A stretch of DNA of 64,000 nt from Vicugna vicugna (lineage: Eukaryota): assembly GCA_013265495.1 (NCBI GenBank), contig MU057487.1, positions 868,001-932,000 of the forward strand. The letters are read 5' to 3'. Below are positions 28,501 to 40,500 of the stretch, piece by piece (position 1 is the stretch's first letter; the number at the start of each line of letters is the position of its first letter). Below the pieces are notes generated by a model. That model was not told the origin of the DNA, did not search any database, and saw nothing but the letters and a program-made list of their open reading frames with translations. The position numbers and the translations under genes are program-made.

Positions 28501-31500
28501 AGAAGCAAGCAGTTGCGTTTCCTGCGCTCACCCAAACGTTATTGGAGGATAAGCCACATCCGTCTAGAGAGAGGGTTTCCTATAAGCAAAGCAAAATGTA
28601 AACAGACCAAAAGTGAAGCACATGCTTGAAGCAGCACTGTTGCTTTCCAAGCAATCATGGTTTACGTATTGGAATTTCAAACTTCTGCTCTTAAGGGCCT
28701 TAGAAAAGTAGACATTCATATGTCATCCTTGAACTTTGTTTCACAGACTATTTTTGCCAATTAGAAGGAAATGATTTCATGTTTAGCTCCATTTAAGCCA
28801 ACTCCTCAAATATTAAGAAAAGTATCAGATAGTGGCTGGTTAAACCAGAAGAACATTAAACGAACCATCAAATCTCTGAAAAAATATAGCGTTACATCAG
28901 CAGAGAAGAGAAGTCATGGTAAAGATCAAGACAAAATGAAGAAATAGTAAACAAGACCTTTTCATAACACAAATGGTTTAACCACAAAATTTGGAGAGTC
29001 ATTCTACTTTTTATCAAATTATATTCATTCATACTTCAAATGTGAGGGGAAAAAAACTGTCTCAAAAGAGGGAAACTAAACATTTCCAGGATAAATCAGA
29101 AATTGAAAATAGAAATATTGAAGAAGGGAAAATGCAGTTCTCCAGACACTGGTGTCCTGACCAAGAAGCGAGGCTCGGAATCTTCTTTTTATTCTGTGGA
29201 CAAGCCTGCAAGTCCCCAGTGTGTCACCTAAGGTCCTTCTAGTTTCTTTTAAATGTCGTACTGCTAACTTTCTTTCTCATCCCACTGAAGGTGTACAAGC
29301 TTTAGTAGGCAATTCTGTTGGTGGACTTGTTCCCAAAGTAAAATATGATTCAGTCAAAAAGAACAGGAAGAGGCAGTTAAAGCTGAGCAGGTTATTAGCA
29401 AAGACAAAAATGCAAGGAAGGAAGAAAGCATTTATCTCTTCAACAAGGAAGGATTGCCAAGGTGAGTATTGATGACAGAACCCGGGCATTAGTTCAAGCA
29501 TTAAGAATAACTGACCCAAAGCTCTGCATTAATAGGATTGAAGAAATGACTTTTCATCTCCAGAAATTTCCTGAGGGAAAAGGAGTGGCTGCCAAGATAA
29601 GACATTGCATATTTTTATGACTGAGACAAATTAAGGCTGGCACTCTTCAGGCTACAGCAAGAGAAATGTTGCCTTAATTTGGCTGCATGAATCCAGCAAG
29701 AGGAAGAGGAATCCCATTTGTACAATTGATGATGGAAGAACAATGGTTGCTCTTCGGTGGAAATTAGTTGAACTCGCTCAGAAGCCAGTTCCTCAGCTCT
29801 TTGACTGTATTTGCGGTTAAGTCCAGGTGTCATATTAGCTTTCACTTTGGGATTTTTTTCCTGCGCCCTTGGATGAATGTGAGGAATTTTATTAAAAATT
29901 AGGATGATATCTGTTTTCACAAAATGTCATTGTCAGAACTCGTCAAAATGAGTTGGAGCCATGCATTTTAGGATGGTCAGACTTGGGGAAATATTCTTAG
30001 GGATAGAATGAGCTGCACACTAATTATAGAAACAGCAAGAAATCCCACAAGTCTTAAGGTAGCTGCAGTAAGTACCATGGTAGATAGAAGGATGATGCCA
30101 ACAGATTTGTGTTCAGAAACTATGGTCATTTTCCTGGAATTAACTATTACTGGTTGAATAGAAACTGGGCCAGGCCATTAGAGCCACATCTGCTTCTCCA
30201 GGCTACTGTGCAAAGTGTACAAAGTAGCCTGGAGTAACATATGGGAAATGATATTCAGTAAGACCGAGGTTTGCTTCTGAAAAACCCCTCAGCACTAGCA
30301 ATGCATGAGTCTAAGTGTCTTTGACCAGACATCCCATTAGATTGCCTAGTATCCCTGGGCGTTAGACATGATGAGAGTGATGTGAGAAACACCATGATAA
30401 ACATGAGCTGAGCTTGAGAACCAAACTGTCTAATGTTACCAACAGTGCTACAGATGCAGAAGAACCCAGGTGATAATTGATGATTGGTTACTTCCTGATA
30501 CCTATTTTAGATTCAATCCTGTAATGTGTGAAAACATACCTCTAGATGAAAGTTGAAATGAGAAGCTGGATAAGCTGCAGTTAAAAGGGTTGAAGTACAA
30601 AGAAAGAAATGAAGAAGAAAACGAAAAAAACTTGCAAAACTATTGTCAACAACAACAAAAAATTCTGCAAAAAACTAATGATTGGATAAAACTAAAAATT
30701 GACATGAATGAAGGCCTTCTGTTCTTTTTAAAATTGAGAAGAATGCCTGTTCAGAAGATGTGCAGAATTTAATAAGGAATTGTGGGATTCAGTATGAGAT
30801 AACTTTGAAATACTCATGAATTCTAGGGAATCCTGAAACAGACAATGTTTGGACCATCTTGTGAAACACAAAGAGTATGTTTGGTTACAGAATTCATATG
30901 GGAATTGGAGTTTTATGACATTAATAATGAACTAAGCTTTAGGAGTCTTATTGTGCTAGTTGGCTTTTAGTAGCAATCGGTATTAAATTGCTTCATGTTT
31001 GAAAATTTATTAACATATATGCCAAACAGAAACCTGAAAATTATCATATTGTACTTTGTATTTTTGCTTTAGTCACCATAATCATGTTGAATTTATTTGA
31101 TCATTGATTTTATTTCATATAGAAAAGCTAATTTCTTTTTAAATTTACATATGTTCTCACTGGCTACATTCTACAATCCAAATCCTGCCTTTTAGTGTAA
31201 TACCTTCTAAACAAATACAGAAAAATGGAATGATCTTTATCAGATTACAATTACATTTGGAATATGAAAGAACCAGATACAGTTTTCTATTCACAGTATG
31301 TTTATTTCAGCATTGTTTGGTTCAAAAACATAGATGAAGTTCCAATCAACCACTTTTTTTCCCTTGAAACATCAAGATAATTCTGTGTGATAACTTTTCC
31401 AGATGTATCTCCAGTTTACCATTTACTTTATAAAATCAACTATTTGAATTTGTGGACAGAATAGTCCTATCATTAACAACAAAAACTATTCAAATTTAAA

Positions 31501-34500
31501 ACAAATAAGCTTAATTCAATCCATAATTTCTTGTAAGACATGTGGCCCTCCCTGAGTCCTTCATCGTGTTCCCTTCCCTAATCAAAACTTGATTCCAAAT
31601 TTATCCTTTGAGATTTGCAAATGCTAGCTAGACTATATATAAAAATATATTTTAAAAAAATCTCTTCTGTATAGCACAGGGAACTGTATTCTATATCTTA
31701 TAATAACCTTTAATGAAAAAGAGTATGAAAATGAATATATGTATGTATATGCATGACTGGGACATTGTGCTGCACACCAGAAACTGACACATTGTAACTG
31801 ACTATACTTCAATTAAAAAAAAAACGTTGATCCCAGAGAATTTTCTGATAAACTCATTTATCAGGCAATATAAAAGAAGACAAAAGCTTATGTACTATAT
31901 TTTAAAAGAAATAAATAAAAGAATTTCCAATTGTGAGATTTAAGATTTCATCATAATAGTAAGAGAATATTATAGAAAGCTAGGAAATTCTTTTGGTAAC
32001 ATTGAAACCAAACTGCATGTGAAAATTTTATTCAATGTCCCCCATCTCTGCTTTCCCATCTGTACTATGTAACATGGATAATTGACATTGTCTCAATCTT
32101 ACATAAAGAGCTAGTAGCCACATCAGACTCAAGCTCTCTACCCTAGCAGTTTGCTACCAAAGAGCTTCACTTAGCTAGACATTTTCAAGTCCTATGTGGA
32201 TCTGCTCCCAGTCCAAAGTCCATGAAAGTGATTCTAGAAGACATCAAAATGTGAACTCTCATAATGAGTATATATCAAATATATCCAAACTTGGTAATGA
32301 TCAACTATTCCTGCCCTCATTTATGTGAAGAGATGTATTGAGTGAGCCTAAGTGTAATTCAGAATTATTTTTATTTATAGTTTTGAGGTGAAATTTGCAT
32401 AGAGTGAAATACAACCATCTTAAATGTACAATTCATTGAGTTTTGACAAGTGCATTCACCCTGTAACCCACATCTTTGTCAAGGTATAGATTACAGACCA
32501 TTTCCATAAGCTTAGAAATTCCCTTAAACCTCTTTGTAGTGGACTCTGTCATCCTCACATCTCACCCTCGAGCAAGTGTTGCCTGTTCTGGAATTTCATA
32601 CAAGTGAATCATACATGAAGGAGTCTTTTGTGCTCAACTTCTTTATTTCAATTTAACGTCTGTCTCTGAAATTCAACCACACTGTGGTGTGCATTAGTAA
32701 TTATTTTTAATGTCAAGTAGTATTCGATGTGTGGACATGTTACAATTTGTTTATCCATTCATCAGTTTATAGATACTTATATTTTCTCCCCTTTCTGGCT
32801 ATTATCAATGGGGCTGTAATAAATGTTCTTTTCCAAGTATTTTTGTGAATATATGTTCTCATTTCTCTTGAGTAAAATACTTGCTAGTGAAATTATGGAT
32901 CCTAGGGTCAAATCTAGACCCTTTTGAAAGGAGGAGAACATGGGACCCAAAGATTTTTACTTTATTTTGTCAGATGTCCACCGCTCACCCACAACCAGAA
33001 GACCCAAATAAACCCTACTGGATTTTGAGGTTGGTCACTGAACACAACGAAGCAGACTTTTTTGAAGTGAAAAAAGACACAGAACGAGCAGACGAAATCC
33101 GAGCCATGAAGCAAGCCTGGGAGATGACTGAGCCTGGAAGGTCAATCAAGGTCACCTGAGTTTGGAAAATTGTCCTCTTTTCATTCCTGGGGATAGTCTG
33201 AAGGAAGAGCAGTGTTGGTAAAAATTACATAGTCTTTCTCTTAGGAAATATCTGGAATGTTGTCAGACACCAACTAAACAAGTATTAAGACCACATTCAG
33301 ACACATTGTGAAATGTTATTCTCTGGAAACCCAGATGACTAGCAAAAGCAAAGCACACAACAGTGCCACTTACCAGTCCAAATTGTAGGTCACCTTGGTC
33401 TCGCACATCACCTGGGACTAACGCTGTCCATCCTTAACACTCCCAACCAAGAAAGCATAAAAATGTTTGATGTGTGCTTTCATGTACTTTGAACAGCCTT
33501 AGTAGAGAAAAAGCACGTGCTGCCCTGTGGAATACACAGACCTCATGGTTCCTCCTCTCTCTATGTTATGTCAGAATCATTGCCACAGTGAAACAGTATC
33601 ATTTATATGGGTTTCATGCCCCCAGCTGAGGGTTATTGATGCAGATGACAAAGGTTCAGGAGCAGCCGGATGGAAGGTAGCATGTTCAGAGTATTAGTTT
33701 TAGGACTAATTCTTCATTAGTTCTCAAAACTAACTGGCAAAGTCATGGGTGGTTCAGAATTTGAGTTTCTTTGATAATTAATAAGAGATGGCCTGGTTCA
33801 TTCACATTTTCCTGTGTCTTTTGAGTGCCGCCAAGCCAGTGTTCCCTGCGCTGTGTGCTGATAACTTCTGTCTCTCAGGCTGCCCAGGCTCGTCTCCACT
33901 ATCTCAGCCGGTTCATTAAGAAAATGCCTGATGCTGAGAGTGTGCCCATGTCTGAGAGCCAAACCAAAGCTGGAGAAGGTCAGTGGACCCTGCCCCAGAT
34001 GCCCCAAGCACAGAACTGTTACTTGCACTTCTTAAAAGCAAGTCAGCAAGTCAAGCTTGGTAAAAAGAAAACTTTCAGAATCTATTTTCTTATAGGATTG
34101 TAAAAAGTCACAGATAATCCTGTAAGAGAATAAATTCTGGAGTGTTTTCTTTTTACCAAGCAGGGGCTCACTTTTTTCCCAAGTAGAGATGACTTTCCCC
34201 ATTTAAGAAAAGATGAAACCAGAAATAAGGATGCAGCCTAGTTAGAAGGCAGCAGTACATGAAATTGAAGGCAGGTTTATAGCTATAAATCTGGCACCTT
34301 TCTAATCACAATAGCCATCAACAATAACACTAAGCGTCACAATGACAAAGCTAACTACTGTCATTGAGCGATTTGCCTTTGGGCCTGAAACTGTGAAATA
34401 CTAATTATTTCACCTGATATGCACACCAATCCACTGATATATATTATTTCCAACTGAACGATGAAGACACAGGCCCAGACTAACTTGCTAAATTCACAAA

Positions 34501-37500
34501 CTACCCAGAGACAGAGCCAAGGTGCAGACAGAGCCCCCCATCACCCTAGTGTCTTCTCACAAACACTTGGCTGCTCCATCTATCACCACATTGAGCTGCC
34601 CAGGGAGGCTGAAGGCATTCACATCCCAAATCATGCTTTTCCACTTTGACATCTTCAAGAGTGTAACTCAATAAATGTTATAAAAGTAATGTCCCTTAAC
34701 TTTTCATATTAAGTGTGTAAACCACAAATATCACCCTCATCCTGTTATTCTGGGATGGGCATTGCTCAGTCCTTTATATTTATTGTCTCACTTTAACCTG
34801 CAGCAGCTATGAAGTAAACATTACTATTCCCATTTTACAGACTCAGAGACCAAAGCTCAGAGAGTCACCTTACTCTTTCGAAATCACACATCTGAAAAGT
34901 GACAAAGTTGGGATTTGAAATCTTTTTAACTCCTAAAGTACTCCTCTAATTGGAAGAGTCTAATGTAATCTTAGGAATACAAAGGTGAAAGAATACAGCT
35001 CTGGTTCTTTGGGATCTATATTTTATTACTAATTTTCTAAAAGTTGTATTAAATTATATGTAAAAGAAAATGTATTGCCCTGAACACTTGTTAAAAATGG
35101 AAAGGAAGATTTTATTCAAGACTATTGCAGTAGGAGAGAGATTGAATGCAACTCTGAAAACAACATAGACAGTGGGAATTTATAGCCAATAGACAAGGAC
35201 TGGATAGAAAATTACTTACAGGAATTTGGTTAGGTATCAATGGTCAGGCAAAAGAAATTTGACTAAATATCAGGGTGGGGGAAGAGGAGCTTAATTGAAT
35301 ATCAAAGATGGAACGATTCTCAGTAAATTAGTTTAGCAGGATTCTTTGCTAAAACTGGGATTCATTACAAGCCAAGGACAAAGCCTGGTGGAGGACACAG
35401 CTCAGAGAAGGCTGACCTTATCATACAAAATGTAGTAAAGGCACAAATGTTAATTGTATAGCTTGATGTATTTTCGTATAGCTTTGATGTGTATACTCAG
35501 TAGCCACCATTCAGATCAAGATATATACTTAATACATCCCAGTAGTCTTCCTCATTCCTCTTCCCAGCCATTTCCTTCTTCAAAGTAACCGTTAGTCTGA
35601 TCTCTATCATCATGAATTAATTTTTCCTGTTCTTGAACTTTACATATTTGGACTCATTCAGTATGTACTCCATACGTCTTGCTATTTTTTTCATGTGATT
35701 TCATAGAACACAAGTTCTTTTCAGTAATGCCTGTGTCATGTTGTAGTAGAAACATCTTCAAGTGTCATAAGAGAGTCAGACACAAAGAGTCCCATGAGTT
35801 TAGACAGCAAAGAGACCATACCCTCAGGGAGCACGCTGTGGAAGAAGTGGCAGCTGAGCAAGAGCTTGAAGGATCTGGCAAAACCTACCAGCAGCGATAG
35901 TGGAGGATCATCCCCATCCTCCTTCCCTAAGGAGGAGCGTGAGCAGGGCATGCGGAAGGAAAATATCAGTAAGTATTGCTCTTATTGATAAGATGAATGC
36001 ATATTTTGAAATGAAAATCCTGGAACAGATATGAAATTAAACATATGTGATGGCCAGGGTTAAACGTAGAAAAATAGGTATATAATAGGATTCATAGGTC
36101 TTCATTTTGATTATCAGAGTTGGAATCTGCTCAAGGACCTGATTACTAAATACCTAACCTAAAGATAAAAGTGGGCAAATGTTTTCTTGTTTAATTTTAA
36201 GGAGCAGTTATATATTCATATAGTTTTCTTTGTCTACAAATACTAAAAATAAAATTGCAGTGATCACATACACAATTGTCACTACACACAGATCCTTTTT
36301 GTTTTATCTATAGTATGCTACATCTTTGACAACAAATTTCAAATATTTGGTTTCTAAAATGTTGGAAAACAACGATTTTCAGTGGTGCCCAAGCCACACT
36401 GATTGGTTCATTTCTGTATACTATGGGATTTGTATTTATTTACTAAAATGAACCTAACTCCTATATGGAAAATATTATAGAGAAATGTCTTTTGACATTC
36501 CTGGCTTCCATGAGGGACAGTTTTCCCTAAGCAACTCCTGGACCGTCTGTCACTGGTGGGCTATGTGAGTCATCTGATTGATACATTAGGAAAGAATAAA
36601 TTGGACTGCCCACAAGAAGCCTGCATCCACTGCTCATCCCTGAATCAGACAAGTATAACTGTGACAGGGATGCTGAAGGGTTCGGCCAAAGGTTCTATGA
36701 TCACGGCCCATTTGCCTCTCACACCAAGCTACATCCCAATGATACGTCTGTTAATGGAAAATTCTTACTTTTTCTTTCTCTGCTTATTCAGAATTCAGGA
36801 AAGAAAGATATTTTGGAAGAAAGCACCCTTAGAAATGCCAACTGTGGTTCTCAAAGTTGCTAAACCAGTCTGAGAATTTTAAAATTAAAACTTGTTTATG
36901 GCTAAAACATGCTCTTGAGTGATTTTCACAGTGAAGAGGAAAATTCCAAAATTCAAAGGGCTCTTTTACCATACTAACCAAAGATTCTGATATCTTTGAA
37001 CCAGCATTTTGAAAGTCAACGTTTATTTGATAGATAATAATGGACATATAACAATAGCACTAAAACTTACTAGAATAATACCTAACATTTAAGATTAATA
37101 TCGAATTTGTAAAGTGTTTTGGCATAATCATCTCATTTGAGCCTCTGTAAACTAGAAAAAGCATATACTGTTACCTCTGCCTTGTTACCAAACCAACTTG
37201 GGTCCGCTCGCCCATTGCACAGCAAAGCCAATCTACTGACACTGGATTCTGGTGAAGGGAAGTACAGTGTTTATTGCAAGCTGCCCAACATGGGGCTAAG
37301 CAAGGAAAATAGGCAGCTTATGCTCAAAGATGCAAACTCCCCAGTGGCTTTCAGGGAAGGGTTTCTCAAGGCAGCATTAGAGGTGAGAGTTGTGGGCTGT
37401 CTGACCAGCTCATGGACATTCTTCTGATTGGTTGGTGGCGAGGTAACAGGGTGACATTTCAGGAGTTAATATCATCGACTTTCTGGTTCCAGTCGGTCTG

Positions 37501-40500
37501 GGGTCTCTGTGCTTGCGAGTATCATGCAGTTAACTCTTCCACCTGGCGGGGGTTTTAGTATCTGCAAAATAACTTCAGGATGTGGCTCTGGGTATTATCT
37601 ATAGCCCTTGAGGAGGAACTAAAGGCTCTTTGTGTGTGGGTGTGTGTGTGTGTATTTAACTGAAATATAGTCAATTTAGGCTGTGCTATTATTATTTTGT
37701 CTTACTTGGCTGTTTTCCTTTTTTTTTTTTTTTTTGCATTTTCTCACTTCTCTGATAAAATTTGTCCTTTGGAACTCAGGGAAGGCCTCAGAAGCAAAGC
37801 TTTTCTACAAACAAGAGGTGGGGGACATGTGTAGGGCGTCTGTCCCAAGGAAGGCCCCCTCAAGGGTCCTGCTTGTTTTCAACCTCAAAACAAAGGAATT
37901 CATAAATAACTCACCCAAGAGCAGAAAGCTTAAATAGTTTGCATAGAATCAGGACTTAAACCCTAGTTTTCTTTTTATTCCACGTACTGTGACCTCTATT
38001 TTAACACAAACTTCTCCCCACATTTAGTTAAAGATCTGTAAAATAAAAATAAAATTAAATTCTGATGTCAAGTTGGTTATTTATTTACTAACAAAGTAAT
38101 CTTTGAGTTGAGAAAATTATGTGTAATCATGATTCTTCACACCTGCCTTGGATAGTGTCCCTGTAATCATAATATAGATTTCATTTTTTTCCCAGAGTCC
38201 CAGACTGGTGTTATAAGGCACCAAAGCTTGTGATTCAGTTTCAACCCTCCTGATCCTCATTTCTTAACATTTTTGGCCATTAGAGTCTTCAGACATTTTC
38301 ATTAAATTTCACATAACTCTGAAAGAGTGTACCTTTTCCTATGAGATTTCTTTATTTTTATTGTGGTATATTGTTGATTTATAATAGTAGTTTCAGGTGT
38401 ACAATACAGGGATTCAAAAATTTTATAGATTATACTCCATTTAAAGTTATTATGAAATATTGGCTATATTCTCTATGCAGTGAAATATATCCTTGTAGTT
38501 TTGCATGAACTATCCAGGAAAGGCAAATCAGCAGCCTGGGGCTTGTGGTGGGTATGTAGAGGGCACAAGAGTATGCATTTGGATAATGGGAAGGTTTTGG
38601 GAAAGGATTTCGGTGTCAGTTGCACAACTGTAAATTTACTAAAACATACTGAGTTATACTTTCAAAACTAATAAATTGTATGGTATGTCAATGACACTTC
38701 AATATTTTTTTAAAAAGAGAGATTAAATGGTCTGGAAAGGCTGAATGGTTAACATCTTAGTCTCTAAAATTTCTTTCTTAGATCTGTTCTTGTGGGTTCA
38801 GACGAGTCTGTGGGGTAAAAAGCTCCTGTTACTTTGATTTTCAGTGTTTACTTGTTGTAATATTGCCTACTTTACTGGACCAAAAGTTTTTTGGAGGTAG
38901 GATACTGTGTCTCAAAACATTTTTATATCCCACCCCCACAGTGCTTAGTACAGCTTTCACAGATAGACCAAACTCTTTAAATATTTGATTATTTAACTTG
39001 TTTAGAATGAAATTTTATAACAAAGTATGATCTTTTTTGGTCTCTGCTTTCACTTAAGTAAATTAGAGTCATTTTAGTACTCTCTTTTATAGACCATATT
39101 CATTTTTTCTATACCCATTGTCATCTCCTGCATTTAACTGTTAGTATAGTAATACCGAGAGGATAAATATGAAATATAGTCATATTTCAATATAGTCATT
39201 AAATAACATGAAAATCACATTAAATAAGGGAAGTGCAGAATATTTTCAATTTAAATCAAATATACAATCATTTAGTTAGTTATTGCTGATTTTTTTTGAA
39301 AGCCTGGCACTTTTTGTTTTGAAACAGGGCCTCAATCACGATCCCCAACAATTTTGGAAATGTCTCCACAACTTATTCGAAAAAAACTACAATGTGTAGA
39401 CTTAAGTCAATATGTACGGTAAGTTTTAATAAACATGATTAATATAGACATTTGTGTTCATAGAATTTTGGATAGATTGTCAATAAGCAGTTGCTAAACA
39501 ACTGAAAGTTTGAAATTAAATGCTTAATATATTTTCAGTGTATTTAGATTTTTAGAAGTATATGAGTTACATCTCAAATTTAGCAAATGTTTTATTAAGT
39601 CAATTATAAAAGCATTTAAATGTTTTTGGTAAAGATTTAATTTGTAGCCTGGTTAAGGTGAGTTTAGCTGCAGAAAATTCCCAACATACCAGCTGCCATG
39701 ATTTGATTAGATTGAATTTTCTTAAGAACTAAACAATAAGATTAATTGAGAGTTATTCAAGCATACATTTTCAAACCTATTTAGCTTCATATATTAAAAA
39801 GGAAAAACCTGCAAAATATTCTCATAGTTTCGAATATCAACACACCTCTTCAAATAGCACATCTAGTTTTGCTGGTATTTTCCTAAAATAATTTCCAAAA
39901 ATATTAGTGATTTAATAAATGGAGTATAGCCCATGTAAAAATAATGGTTTATTCCTTCTGTTCCTAATATTTGATTTGATCCAGATCAGCACCCTGCTGA
40001 TACTTTTTTTGTTTGTTTTTTTTCCTTTTTTTTAATTGAGTTATAGACATTTTACAATGTTGTGTCAAATTCTAGTGTAGAGCACAATTTTTCAGTTATA
40101 CATGAACATATATATATTCATTGTTACATTTTTTTTCTCTGTAAGCTACCACAAGATCTTGTATATATTTCCCTGTGCTATACAGTATAATCTTGTTTAT
40201 CTATTCTACATTTTGAAATCCCAGTTTGTCCCTTCCCACCCCCCCACCCCCTTGGTAACCACATGTTTATATTCTATGTCTATGAGTCTNNNNNNNNNNN
40301 NNNNNNNNNNNNNNNNNNNNNNNTGTTTTCCACAGTGGCTGCACCAAACTGCATTTCCACCAGCAGTGTAGGAGGGTTCCCTTTTCTCCACAGCCTCTCC
40401 AGCATTTGTCATTTGTGGACTTTTGAATGATGGCCATTCTGACTGGTGTGAGGTGATAACCTCATTGTAGTTTTGATTTGCATTTCTCTGATACTTAGTG

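Noticed and set aside
28372..30772. Short ORFs (28372, 28991, 29221, 30590) as a novel nested gene or functional retrogene
   Set aside because: They are broken frames of the PNPLA8 retrocopy; the catalytic motifs, SKL signal and stop codon are all disrupted.
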